Below, one piece after another: positions 19,042 to 28,497 of a stretch of 64,000 nt of DNA (position 1 is the stretch's first letter; every line of letters begins with the position of its first letter). This DNA comes from Clostridia bacterium (GTDB taxonomy: Bacteria > Bacillota > Clostridia > Christensenellales > Aristaeellaceae). The notes beneath the pieces are model-generated. The model was not told where the DNA came from. It was given only the letters and a program-made list of their open reading frames with translations, and ran no database searches. The translations under genes were made by a program, and so were the position numbers. The DNA lies in contig JAFWQA010000004.1 of the NCBI GenBank assembly GCA_017509255.1, positions 3,049 to 67,048 on the forward strand. The letters run 5' to 3'.

Positions 19042-19659
19042 ATGTCTTTTATCACCATGAAGCCCGGCACCCTGCTCTCTCCCGTCCCGGCCGTTCTCAT
19101 CGGCTCCGGCGCGGAGGGGGAAAGCGGCCCCGTCCGCAATCTGATGACCGCCGCCTGGGCCGGCACGGTCTGCTCCGATCCGCCCACCGTATCCGTCTCA
19201 GTCAGGCCCTCCCGGTACACCTATGAGCTGATCGAAAAGAGCGGGGAATTCACCGTGATCCTGCCGGATACCGCCATGCTGCGGGGAACAGATTACTGCG
19301 GCGTCCGCTCCGGAAGGGAGGAGGATAAATTCTCCCGCTGCGGCTTTACGCCCGTTCCGGCGGACGGACTGAAATACGCGCCCGCCGTTGCCGAAGCGCC
19401 CCTTTATCTGAGCTGCCTGGTCCGGCAGCGCCTGCCCCTCGGCAGCCATGTGATGTATCTGGGGGAGATCGTCCGCATGGGGATCCGGGAGGATCTGATG
19501 GACAAAAACGGCTCCATCGACCTGCAGAAGGCCGGCCTGTTCGCTTACAGCCACGGCGTCTACAACGCGCTGGGGGAAGCGCTGGGCTTCTTCGGCTGTT
19601 CCGTCGCCGCGCCCGACGTGCTTGAGCGGCGCATGTCCGGCCTGCGCTCCGGAAAATAA
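19042..19659 (+). CDS. Flavin reductase-like (flavoredoxin-family) protein
   Basis: PVPAVLI, NLMTAAW, SVRPSRYTYELI and LGSHVMYLGEI motifs. Confidence 0.88.
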   Translation: MSFITMKPGTLLSPVPAVLIGSGAEGESGPVRNLMTAAWAGTVCSDPPTVSVSVRPSRYTYELIEKSGEFTVILPDTAMLRGTDYCGVRSGREEDKFSRCGFTPVPADGLKYAPAVAEAPLYLSCLVRQRLPLGSHVMYLGEIVRMGIREDLMDKNGSIDLQKAGLFAYSHGVYNALGEALGFFGCSVAAPDVLERRMSGLRSGK

Positions 19660-19672
19660 GCTCCGGAAAGAT

Positions 19673-19710
19673 CAAAAGCGGTCTGCGCCTGCAGACCGCT
19701 TTGTTCTTTT
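19673..19710. terminator. Bidirectional intrinsic terminator
   Basis: AAAGCGGTCTGC-GCCT-GCAGACCGCTTT hairpin with a T-rich tail. Confidence 0.8.
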
Positions 19711-19716
19711 ATTCCT

Positions 19717-20997
19717 TTATTCCGCGCCGGTCACCTTCACACCCGTCAGGCGGGTGACAGCCGGGATCTCAGCCCAGTCATAGGTCCGGGTCTCCCTGGA
19801 GAAGCGGATCGTTTTCGCAAAGTCATCCATCGTACCGGACAAGGAGCCGCCGGACACCGGGATGACCCTGTCTCCGTCATGAAGATAGCCCAGCCGGATC
19901 TCCCCCATGATGTCGCCGGTCACCGTATCCACCTGAAAATCGGAAAACTCCAGCACCTCCAGATAGTTTCCGGTGCGCAGCTCCTCCGCGCTCCGCTTTC
20001 CGCCTGACACGGTGAAGTTCGAGGGAATGAAGGAATGCTCCAGCCCCAGGTACCGGCAGAACTGCTGCGCGCCGTGATAGCTTTCCGGCACGTTGTCCCG
20101 GAGGATCACCGTTTCCCGGATCGGCGCGCCTTCCCGGTCAAACCGGCTGTTCCAGGAGGAATTGGGCAGGAAGGGGACCGCCTTCACGGTCACTTTATCG
20201 CCCTCCGCCTGCTCCGTCACCGGTTTCCCGATCTCCCAGTCGGAATACCCGCAGTATTTATCCTGCGCGTCCAGCCGGTAAATATACCAGGTATACAGTT
20301 CCCGCGCCGCCACCGTGGAGAAGACCACGTCCGCCCGGCCCAGCGCGGGCGTCGGCTGCGCGATCAGCTTGTCCCGGCCGACGGAAAGCGTCTCCGCCAG
20401 GTCCCGCAGCAGCTTCTCCCGGTCACAGGTGCCGGAATTGTACATGCGGTACAGCTCGATCTCCTTGCCGTCCCTTCTGGCATTGATCACCGCCTCCAGC
20501 GAGGAGGACGGATATTCCTCCGTCAGATCGATCCCCTCGCTGTTCAGAAAGCGTTTGCGGACCGAGCTGACAAAGATCTCCGCGGAATTCAGGTCCTCCG
20601 TTTCCGTTTCGGGCAGATCCTGAAGCACCCGCAGGAATTCCCCGGCGATCTCCGCCGGGTCCGCCTTTTCCGCCGCCGTTCCCGGGATCTCCTCCGGTTT
20701 GTTCAGCGAATACACGGGATTCTTCACCAGGGACGCCGCCAGCAGCAGCTGGGAGATCAGCCGCCGGGCTTCCTTTTCATCCGCTGTCGGCGGGATCTCC
20801 CCGCCGGCCGAGCCGAGGAACTTTCCGTCCTCCGACTTTTTATAGACCCTGACGCTGACCGTTTCGGTCTTTCTGACCCGGTTCTGATCCAGCGCGTGAC
20901 GGATCAGATAGAATTCCCAGGTCTCCGCGACCTTATCCGTGACCTCCCAGCCGTCCGCGCCGGAGGTTTTTAAAAGTTCCAGTATCCTGTCCAGCAT
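19717..20997 (-). CDS. PmbA/TldE-family protein
   Basis: FDREG motif and C-terminal PmbA-like segment; abuts the tldD stop codon. Confidence 0.75.
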   Translation of the reverse strand: MLDRILELLKTSGADGWEVTDKVAETWEFYLIRHALDQNRVRKTETVSVRVYKKSEDGKFLGSAGGEIPPTADEKEARRLISQLLLAASLVKNPVYSLNKPEEIPGTAAEKADPAEIAGEFLRVLQDLPETETEDLNSAEIFVSSVRKRFLNSEGIDLTEEYPSSSLEAVINARRDGKEIELYRMYNSGTCDREKLLRDLAETLSVGRDKLIAQPTPALGRADVVFSTVAARELYTWYIYRLDAQDKYCGYSDWEIGKPVTEQAEGDKVTVKAVPFLPNSSWNSRFDREGAPIRETVILRDNVPESYHGAQQFCRYLGLEHSFIPSNFTVSGGKRSAEELRTGNYLEVLEFSDFQVDTVTGDIMGEIRLGYLHDGDRVIPVSGGSLSGTMDDFAKTIRFSRETRTYDWAEIPAVTRLTGVKVTGAE

Positions 20998-22430
20998 TAT
21001 CCCAGCCTCGCTTTCGCCCTGATCCAGGGGCCGCCCTCGGCCACCTTGACCCATTCCTTGTAGCCCTTGCCGCAGAAGCCGCTTCCGTCCAGCTCCGTCT
21101 CCTGCCCGAGCATGCTGACGGAGCCCAGCAGATCGGGAACATACCCGGTCATGACGACCGGAGAGACCACCCGGCCCGTCAGCTTTCCGTCCACGATCTC
21201 ATAGCCCCTGTCCACGATGCACTGGATGCCCCAGTGCTTGGGGTCCTCCATGCCGGAACGTACTCCCCGCAGAAGAAATCCCCGGGATACAGAGGCGATC
21301 ATTTCCTCCAGCGTGTTCTGCCCGGCGCTGAAAAGGGTATTCGTCATACGGGTATATACCTTATGCGCGTAATTCTCCCGCTTGCCGTTGCCGGTCGGCT
21401 CCGTCCCCAGGCGCAGGGCGCTGAGCGCGTCGCAGATGCCGGTTTTCAGGATGCCGTTTTCGATCTCGGTGACGTCCCCCGCCGGGGTCCCTTCGTCGTC
21501 AAAGGCATAGGAGGCGACAGTCGTGCCGCATTTCGCGCCCTCATGCATCGTCACCAGGTCGGAGCCGACGCGCTTGCCGATGTATTCCGCGCCCAGCGCG
21601 CGATCCTTGACGAACATGTCCATTTCCACGCCGTGTCCGAAGGCCTCGTGGGCGATGAGCCCGCTGATCCCCGGGGATGCAATGATCTCGTACTCCCCGG
21701 GTTCCATCCGCTCCGAACGGAGCAGGTCCTTCAGCGCCTCCAGCGCCCTGTCCAGCACGGGGGCGAAGCCGTCAAAGAGCTCCGGCCCCACCCGGCCGGA
21801 TATTCCGTCGTACGCCATCTCCGTCCGTTCGCCGTTGTCCCCCGTGACAGTGATGCTGCCGTCGGAATAGACATAGGACTGACGCAGATCCCGGTGCTCC
21901 GTCAGGAACATTTTGCTGACATGCGTGGAATCCGCCCTGACGGAGCAGTCGATCAGATCCTTTCCCTTCTCCATTCCCAGATCGGAGAGAGCGGTCAGCT
22001 TTCCGATCAGGCCGGCCATGTCCTCCTCCTCCGGCAGGCGCTCCGTTTCCATTTCCGCAAGGAGCGTTTCCGGCTCATCCGCCAGCAGGCCGGTTTCATA
22101 TGGCCTGACCTGCAGGTTTTCCAGCAGCTTCCTTTGCTTTTCCAGCGACTCCAGGATCTCCCGGCAGGTATCCTCCGGCCGTTCCGGATCGAAGCGGTTG
22201 AACGCCGCCTCGCTGTACTGCCCGTTCCGGTATACCCGGACCACATTGCCGCGCTCCGTGGTCAGGGTCTCCGTGCTGACGTTTTTGCTTTTCTGAGAGA
22301 TGCTTATCCCGAATCCCCTGGAATCCGTGCTCAGCACACTGACATAGTCGTAATGCTTTCTCAGCATCGCGATCAGCTTTTTGATACCGGGAGCGATCCC
22401 GTTCAGATAGGGTGAAAATGTCGCTTTCAT
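20997..22430 (-). CDS. tldD: TldD-family metalloprotease
   Basis: HEAFGH zinc motif, FDDEG, TGNGKR, RMTNT and C-terminal CGKG. Confidence 0.88.
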   Translation of the reverse strand: MKATFSPYLNGIAPGIKKLIAMLRKHYDYVSVLSTDSRGFGISISQKSKNVSTETLTTERGNVVRVYRNGQYSEAAFNRFDPERPEDTCREILESLEKQRKLLENLQVRPYETGLLADEPETLLAEMETERLPEEEDMAGLIGKLTALSDLGMEKGKDLIDCSVRADSTHVSKMFLTEHRDLRQSYVYSDGSITVTGDNGERTEMAYDGISGRVGPELFDGFAPVLDRALEALKDLLRSERMEPGEYEIIASPGISGLIAHEAFGHGVEMDMFVKDRALGAEYIGKRVGSDLVTMHEGAKCGTTVASYAFDDEGTPAGDVTEIENGILKTGICDALSALRLGTEPTGNGKRENYAHKVYTRMTNTLFSAGQNTLEEMIASVSRGFLLRGVRSGMEDPKHWGIQCIVDRGYEIVDGKLTGRVVSPVVMTGYVPDLLGSVSMLGQETELDGSGFCGKGYKEWVKVAEGGPWIRAKARLG

Positions 22431-22514
22431 GTTTCCCTCCGTTTTTCGTTGAAAAAACCGGCGCGCCTCGGGCAGCCGCCTTCGCCGTGCCGGATACCGA
22501 AGTCCTTTATTCTG

Positions 22515-23348
22515 TCAGTAGCTGATGATCAGCCCGTTCCGTTCCGCGTAATAGCTGTCCAGGCCGCGGGTCGCGTAAAGGGATACCTTCGCGCCCTCCC
22601 AGCGGGCTCTGATCATATCGATCAGCTGCCCGGCCAGCTTCTCGTTCAGGCAGTGGCACACCGCCACGGGGCCCTCCCGGAAGCCGGTTTCCGCCATCAG
22701 CTCCACGATCCTCCGGAGCGCCTTGATATCACCGCGGGCCTTGTCCTTCATATGGATCTGGCCTTCCTTCGTTCCGTCCCCGATCACGCGGATATTCAGC
22801 GCGCCGGCGATAAACCCGACCACACGGCTGACACGGCCGTTTTGCACCAGGTTATGGAAGGAGGACAGGGTAAAGAGCGTATGGATGTCATCCGCCAGTT
22901 TTCTGCAGCGCGCCGCCACATTTTCCAGGCTGAGCTGCTCCCGGATCATGTTCAGAGCGTTCTGGATCAGCAGGATCTCCTTCGGCCCTGTCGCCAGGGA
23001 ATCAATGATCTCGATCTGCTTTTCCGGATGCTTTTCCAGAACCATCTTCCTGGCTGTTTCCGCGCTGTTCCGGCTGCCGGACAGGCGGCCGGAGATCGTG
23101 AAGGCCAGGACCCTGTCCGCCTTCAGAAAGCATTCCTCCCACGCGGCAGGCGACGGGCAGGAGGACCGGCTGGAGGTGCTTTTCTCCATGATGCCGACAA
23201 AGCGCTCCACGTCCATGGTCTCATCATCCGTATAATCCTCCGAATCCACGGACATCACAAAGGGAACCGTTTCAAAGCCGATCTCCTCCGTTCCGGTCTC
23301 CACGGTGTGCAGATCACAGCTGGAATCGGCCACTATCATCCACTTCAT
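22515..23348 (-). CDS. DegV/FakB fatty-acid-binding protein
   Basis: IVADSSCDL, SSCPSP, TISGRLSGS and LVQNGRV motifs. Confidence 0.9.
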   Translation of the reverse strand: MKWMIVADSSCDLHTVETGTEEIGFETVPFVMSVDSEDYTDDETMDVERFVGIMEKSTSSRSSCPSPAAWEECFLKADRVLAFTISGRLSGSRNSAETARKMVLEKHPEKQIEIIDSLATGPKEILLIQNALNMIREQLSLENVAARCRKLADDIHTLFTLSSFHNLVQNGRVSRVVGFIAGALNIRVIGDGTKEGQIHMKDKARGDIKALRRIVELMAETGFREGPVAVCHCLNEKLAGQLIDMIRARWEGAKVSLYATRGLDSYYAERNGLIISY

Positions 23349-23398
23349 ACGCGTACCTCTCCTTCACGGCAGCCGGGATCCTTCAGCCCGGGCGCCGC

Positions 23399-23953
23399 TC
23401 ACAGATATTTTTCGATCACGCCCGCCACCTGAGCAGCCACCATGGCATTGCCCTCCTCATTCAGATGCAGGTGGTCGCCGCGGTCATAGGTGACCATTTT
23501 GTCATGCATCAGGGCGAACAGGTCGTCGACCTCGATGCCGTATTTTTCCGCCACCTTCCGGATGATCCCGTTGTATGCCACGATCCCGGAGGTGTCCGGA
23601 TTCGTCGTCGGCATGGTGGTGGCAAAGACGATCTTCACTTCCGGCCACAGCTTCCTGAGCACGATCACCGTCCGCTCCACGGCGCTTTCATATTCCTCCG
23701 GCAGGGAAAAAGGCCTGCCGATCTGATAATCGTCTCCCAGGTCCCAGAGGCCGCAGTTCCAGTGGACCACATCCGGCGTTCCCGGAAACCCCGGGATCCA
23801 GAAGCGCAGCGAATTGAGCGTATAGCCCGCCCATCGGCCGTTTTCCTCCGGACCGAAAACCTCCGCTTTCCCCTCCAGCAGTTTGCGGACCAGCGGTTCA
23901 TAACCCTGCCTGCGGGAGTCCCCCAGCAGCAGCACTTTCTTCAGTTCAGGCAT
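23399..23953 (-). CDS. SGNH/GDSL hydrolase
   Basis: LLGDS, NCGLWD and DHLH blocks. Confidence 0.85.
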   Translation of the reverse strand: MPELKKVLLLGDSRRQGYEPLVRKLLEGKAEVFGPEENGRWAGYTLNSLRFWIPGFPGTPDVVHWNCGLWDLGDDYQIGRPFSLPEEYESAVERTVIVLRKLWPEVKIVFATTMPTTNPDTSGIVAYNGIIRKVAEKYGIEVDDLFALMHDKMVTYDRGDHLHLNEEGNAMVAAQVAGVIEKYL

Positions 23954-24144
23954 TTTCTTCTTCCTCCGTCCGGCAATTCGCTTTATTATAACCGACCGTT
24001 TTTCTCCGCGCAACCGCCTGACGCTTTTGATACAAAAAACACACAGCCGTCCGGTCCGGATTGCGCTTTTCCCCTTTTCTTTCTATAATAAAAACTGCTT
24101 CCGGATTCCTCCGAAGCAAAAGAACCGAAATGAGGCACAGACTG

Positions 24145-24843
24145 ATGAACATCCGTATCCTGGAACTGACGGAGGGCGCCTCCGCGGCACGCGGGCTGAC
24201 CGTCATCATCGACGTATTCCGCGCTGCGTCCCTGGAATACTATCTGGCCGATATGGGAGCCGCTCAGATCCGCCCTGTGGGCAGCGTGGAGGATACCTTC
24301 GCGCTGGGAAAGCGCATCCCGGGGAGCCTGCTGATCGGCGAGCGCGGCGGGGTCATGGTGGAGGGCTTCGATTACGGCAATTCCCCTTCCTCCGTCCGGA
24401 GGGAGGATATCCGCGGCAAAACCGTTCTCCATACCACCAGCGCCGGCACCCAGGGCATCGTTCACGCCTCCGGCGCGGACGAGATCATCTGGGGCAGCCT
24501 GGTCGGAGCGAAGGCGGCAGCCGAATACATCCGGCGTAAGGATCCGCAGGAGATCTCCCTGGTCGCGATGGGCAACGGCGGCATCCGCCGCGCCGATGAG
24601 GACGTGCTCTGCGCCGAATACATCCGCTCCCTCCTCACAGGCAGCCCGGTCCCCGGCTTCCGCGAAAGGCTGGCGGGCCTGCGCTCCGGAGGCGGCGCGC
24701 ATTTCTTCGACCCCTCCCTGCAGCATATTTACCCGGAAGCGGATTTTCATCTGTGCGTCCGGTGTGACGTTTTCCCCTTTGTGCTCCGGGTGGAGAAGGA
24801 CGGGACCGGCTTTATCTCCCGGCGCGTCCCCGTCCCCGGCTGA
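24145..24843 (+). CDS. comB: 2-phosphosulfolactate phosphatase family protein
   Basis: VIIDVFRA, LIGERGG, FDYGNSP, TTSAGT and EDVLCA motifs. Confidence 0.85.
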   Translation: MNIRILELTEGASAARGLTVIIDVFRAASLEYYLADMGAAQIRPVGSVEDTFALGKRIPGSLLIGERGGVMVEGFDYGNSPSSVRREDIRGKTVLHTTSAGTQGIVHASGADEIIWGSLVGAKAAAEYIRRKDPQEISLVAMGNGGIRRADEDVLCAEYIRSLLTGSPVPGFRERLAGLRSGGGAHFFDPSLQHIYPEADFHLCVRCDVFPFVLRVEKDGTGFISRRVPVPG

Positions 24844-24844
24844 C

Positions 24845-25531
24845 TCAGCCCGCGTTTTTCTCCCTTTCCCTTCCGAGCATTTTCAGAAAACAGTCGGCCA
24901 TGACCGCATACCCTTTTTCATTCGGGTGAATGCCGTCCGCGCTCATCAGGGACGGCAGGTCTCTTTCGTCCAGAAGCCGGCTCCGAATGTCCAGAAGCCG
25001 GCAGCCCTCCTGCTCCGAAACATCGCGCACCGCGGAAGCATAACGCTCCTGCCAGCGGGAAATGTGTTCCCTGTCCCCCAGATAACGCAGGATATGCTCC
25101 GCGCTTTTTCCTTCCGTGACCCAGCTGAAATACCTGTCCGAAAGGATCGGGGGCGGCGTGACCAGCACAGGCCGCAGCTGCCGCTCCGCCGCCCCGCGGA
25201 CGAAGCGCCGCAGCTTTTCGCGGAAGACGTCCAGCGGTACCTTCGCCTCATGATACTTTTCCGGGTCGTCGGACACAGCCTGCCAATCCAGATCGCAGTC
25301 ATTTCCGCCGTATTCGATCACACAGGCGCCGCCCGGAACCGTTTCGCTCGCGCAAAAGTCCTCCAGCCCTTTTTCCACCGTACATCCCATGATCGCATGG
25401 CTCTCGATCTCCAGGCCGTTCTCCCGCAGAAGCTGCACGCAGTTTCTGCGGCAGATCCGATAGCGGCCGATATCCTCCCGGTAATAGATCCCCTGGCCTA
25501 TGGAATCTCCCCATATATAGTTCAAAGGCAT
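24845..25531 (-). CDS. SGNH/GDSL hydrolase
   Basis: WGDSI, YGGNDCD and DGIHPN blocks. Confidence 0.87.
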   Translation of the reverse strand: MPLNYIWGDSIGQGIYYREDIGRYRICRRNCVQLLRENGLEIESHAIMGCTVEKGLEDFCASETVPGGACVIEYGGNDCDLDWQAVSDDPEKYHEAKVPLDVFREKLRRFVRGAAERQLRPVLVTPPPILSDRYFSWVTEGKSAEHILRYLGDREHISRWQERYASAVRDVSEQEGCRLLDIRSRLLDERDLPSLMSADGIHPNEKGYAVMADCFLKMLGREREKNAG

Positions 25532-25555
25532 GTCACATCTCCTTTATGTCTTTAC

Positions 25556-25576
25556 ATCTGGTTTTCAAAACCAGAT
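25556..25576. promoter_or_regulatory. Perfect palindromic operator-like site ATCTGGTTTT-C-AAAACCAGAT
   Basis: 10-bp perfect inverted repeat overlapping the -10 of a minus-strand TTGACA-N17-TAATCT promoter; divergent from the DUF1836 gene. Confidence 0.7.
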
Positions 25577-25651
25577 TACATTGATTTAATATCTTTGTCA
25601 AGTGTTTTTCTTGATTGACGTTCGCTTTTCTGTTATTATATAAGAAAGGAG

Positions 25652-26137
25652 ATGAACCCAATGAAGGAAGAAACCCTGCGCGCCTTTCTGGACAGCTGCC
25701 GCCTCCCCGCATGGGACGCGCTGCCGGATTTCGGCCTGTATATGGATCAGATGCTTACTTATACGGACAGGACCCTGCCCGGCGCCGCGGGCCTTCCGGG
25801 GCTGACCTCCTCCATGATCAACAACTACGTCAAGGCCGGGCTGATCGACAAGCCTGCCGGCAAGAAATACAGCCGGGGCGCGCTGGCCCAGCTCCTGATG
25901 ATTTGCCTGCTCAAGCAGACCTCCACCCTGGAAAACATGAAGCGGCTGCTGCATCCGGAAAACGGGGCGGACACGGAGGCCATCTACGCCTCCTTCCTTT
26001 CCGCGCAGGACCGGGTCGCCGCCGATCTGCCCGGACGGCTGAATTCTTCCCCCCTGACCTGCGCGCTGGAGGCCTCCTCGCTGCAGCTGATCTGCCGCCT
26101 GCAGCTGGCGGATACCGGGAAGGAAGCGGAAACGTGA
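25652..26137 (+). CDS. DUF1836 domain protein (probable transcriptional regulator)
   Basis: LPDFGLYMDQ, LTSSMINNYVK and KKYSR motifs. Start may be 25661. Confidence 0.85.
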   Translation: MNPMKEETLRAFLDSCRLPAWDALPDFGLYMDQMLTYTDRTLPGAAGLPGLTSSMINNYVKAGLIDKPAGKKYSRGALAQLLMICLLKQTSTLENMKRLLHPENGADTEAIYASFLSAQDRVAADLPGRLNSSPLTCALEASSLQLICRLQLADTGKEAET

Positions 26138-26691
26138 CGGAAGAGCTTTATACGGTGATCCGCAGCCGGCGGAAAACCCTCGCGCTGGAGATCCGAAACG
26201 GAAAGCTGACCGTACGCGCGCCGCTTTGGGCCACCCGGGCCGATATCCTCCGCTTTGTGGAAGAGAAGCGCGGCTGGATCGAAAAGCATTTGCGGGAAAG
26301 CCGGGAAAAAGCGGCTGAAGCTGCCGTGACCCCGAAGCTGACCGCCGGCGAGCTTCGCCTGCTTGCGGAAAAGGCTCTGCAGTTCATTCCGGAACGGGTG
26401 CGGTTCTGGGCGCCGGTCGTCGGTGTGACCTACGGGCGGATCACCATCCGCAATCAGCGGACCCGCTGGGGCAGCTGCTCCGCAAAGGGCAACCTGAACT
26501 TCAACTGCCTGCTGATGCTGACCCCTCCGGAAGTCATTGACAGCGTGATCGTTCACGAGCTGTGTCACCGGAAGGAAATGAACCATTCCAGCCGCTTTTA
26601 CGCAGAGGTCTGCCGCGTATTCCCGGATTATGACCGCTGGAACCGCTGGCTCAAAAAGAACGGCCGTGCCATACTGAACCGGATGGAATGA
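26134..26691 (+). CDS. YgjP/SprT-like (DUF45) zinc metalloprotein
   Basis: IRSRRKTL, TRWGSCS and VHELCH motifs; GTGA overlap with the upstream stop codon. Confidence 0.88.
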   Translation: MTEELYTVIRSRRKTLALEIRNGKLTVRAPLWATRADILRFVEEKRGWIEKHLRESREKAAEAAVTPKLTAGELRLLAEKALQFIPERVRFWAPVVGVTYGRITIRNQRTRWGSCSAKGNLNFNCLLMLTPPEVIDSVIVHELCHRKEMNHSSRFYAEVCRVFPDYDRWNRWLKKNGRAILNRME

Positions 26692-26699
26692 CCGGAAAG

Positions 26700-26737
26700 G
26701 ACAGGATCCCCTTACAGGCGGGATCCTGTCTTTTTTC
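26700..26737 (+). terminator. Intrinsic terminator
   Basis: GACAGGATCCC...GGGATCCTGTC followed by TTTTTT. Confidence 0.8.
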
Positions 26738-26826
26738 CGTACATCCGTTGCGCCGCCTATGTCCTTCCGATACAATAAGGGCCGAGCCCCGCTTCCGCGG
26801 ATCCTGCTGTAAGAAGGTGTCACGCC

Positions 26827-27522
26827 TTGAAAACAAACCGCCTGTTCCTGAAGGCCTTCCGAACCACCCTGCCCGTTATGGCAGGGTATTTTGTTCTGGG
26901 CACGGGCTTTGGTATGGTGCTTGCCTCCAAAGGCTACGGCCTGCTCTGGGCGCTGGCAATGAGCGTATTTATTTACGCCGGCTCCATGCAGTTTGTCGCC
27001 GTCAATCTTCTGACGGGCGGGACTTCCCTGCTGACCGTTGCCGTCACCACGCTCCTGGTCAATGCCCGGCATCTTTTCTACGGCATCTCCATGGTGGACC
27101 GGTACAGGAACACCGGGAGAAAGAAACCGTATCTGATCTTTGCGCTGACAGATGAAACCTATTCCCTGCTCAGCACGGACCGCAGCCCCCTGAATCCGGA
27201 GGAACAGTCCTTTTTCTATTTCTGCGTATCGCTGCTGAACCAGTGCTACTGGATCACCGGCAGCGTTCTCGGCAGCCTGCTCGGCAATATCGTTCCCTTT
27301 GACACCAGGGGCATCGATTTTTCCCTGACAGCCCTTTTCCTGACAATTGCCGTCGATCAGTGGAGGAGCGGAAAGCATCATCTTTTTTCCGTACTCGGCC
27401 TGGTCATCTCCCTGGCCTGCCTGCTGATCTTCGGACCGGAGAATTTCCTGATCCCGTCCATGGCTGTTATCCTTGCCGCCGTTTTCCCGGCACGCAGATG
27501 GGAGGCGGGAAAGGATGAATAA
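26827..27522 (+). CDS. azlC: AzlC-family branched-chain amino acid exporter
   Basis: YAGSMQF, NARHLFYG and LTDETYS motifs. Confidence 0.9.
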   Translation: MKTNRLFLKAFRTTLPVMAGYFVLGTGFGMVLASKGYGLLWALAMSVFIYAGSMQFVAVNLLTGGTSLLTVAVTTLLVNARHLFYGISMVDRYRNTGRKKPYLIFALTDETYSLLSTDRSPLNPEEQSFFYFCVSLLNQCYWITGSVLGSLLGNIVPFDTRGIDFSLTALFLTIAVDQWRSGKHHLFSVLGLVISLACLLIFGPENFLIPSMAVILAAVFPARRWEAGKDE

Positions 27523-27847
27523 TACGCTGCGTTCCGTTCTGGCCGTCTCCGTGATTGCCCTGGTGACAGCCCTGCTCCGCTTTCTTCCCTTTGTCCTTTT
27601 CCGCGGGAAGAAGGAAACGCCTGCCGTGATCACCCGGCTGGGGCAGGTCCTTCCCTATGCGGTCATCTGCATGCTGGTCGTATTCTGCCTGAAGGACGTA
27701 TCCTTTTCCGTCTGGCCTCACGGCCTGCCGGAGCTGATTTCCTGCGCCATGGTGACCGCCCTGCATTTCTGGAAGCACAATACGCTGCTGAGCATTATCG
27801 CCGGAACTGTCTGCTATATGATCCTGATCCAGTCGGTTTTCATCTGA
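27515..27847 (+). CDS. azlD: AzlD-family branched-chain amino acid exporter, small subunit
   Basis: LRFLPF, LPYAVICMLVVFCLK and LLSIIAGT motifs; overlaps the end of azlC. Confidence 0.88.
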   Translation: MNNTLRSVLAVSVIALVTALLRFLPFVLFRGKKETPAVITRLGQVLPYAVICMLVVFCLKDVSFSVWPHGLPELISCAMVTALHFWKHNTLLSIIAGTVCYMILIQSVFI

Positions 27848-27986
27848 CCACACGTCCATCGGAAAAATAAGTCCCTTTATTTTTCCGATCTGAAGGTATA
27901 CTTTTCCCGTTTCGTCCCTTATAATGATACCGTCAGAATGATAATTCCCGGAAGGGGTTTACATCCGAAGAAAGGAGGTTTATCAC

Positions 27987-28478
27987 TTGGAGTTTTTGTC
28001 GAACGATCTTATTCTGATCCTTTGCTCGGTGATCGGCTTCGCGCTGCTGGTCCTGGAAGCTTTCATGCCGGGCTTCGGCGTTGCCGGTCTCTGCGGCATC
28101 GTGCTGGAGGTCATTGCGGTCTACTGCGCATGGGCCTATCACGGGACAGTGTTCGCCCTCTGCGTCACCCTGGCGATCGTTCTGATCACCGGGATCACCG
28201 TTTTCCTGGCCTACCGAAGCGCCGTCAAAGGACGGCTGAGCAAAAGCCCGATCATCCTCACGAGCGAAGAAAAAGCTGATGCCGGCAGCAGCGCGGAGCA
28301 GCTGAAGGATTACGTGAACAAGGAAGGGATCACCGTGTCCTCTCTGCGGCCGGGCGGTTTCGTAGAAACGGAAGGGATCCGCCTGAACGCCTCGTCCGAG
28401 GGTGAATTCATCGAAAAAGGCAAATCAGTCCGCATCACCGGCGTTGAAGGCAATCATGTGACTGTCCGCGCCATCTGA
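27987..28478 (+). CDS. Short NfeD-family membrane protein (OB-fold C-terminus)
   Basis: [13 protein letters not shown]...SLRPGG...FIEKG motifs; AGGAGG RBS with TTG start; precedes floA. Confidence 0.87.
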   Translation: MEFLSNDLILILCSVIGFALLVLEAFMPGFGVAGLCGIVLEVIAVYCAWAYHGTVFALCVTLAIVLITGITVFLAYRSAVKGRLSKSPIILTSEEKADAGSSAEQLKDYVNKEGITVSSLRPGGFVETEGIRLNASSEGEFIEKGKSVRITGVEGNHVTVRAI

Positions 28479-28497
28479 TCTGAAGGAGGTTCAATTT

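Noticed and set aside
25615-26133. N-terminal extension of the 358-aa ORF suggesting a DUF1836-YgjP fusion or frameshift
   Set aside because: The two genes are in different frames with a standard GTGA stop/start overlap at 26134-26137, which is ordinary translational coupling.
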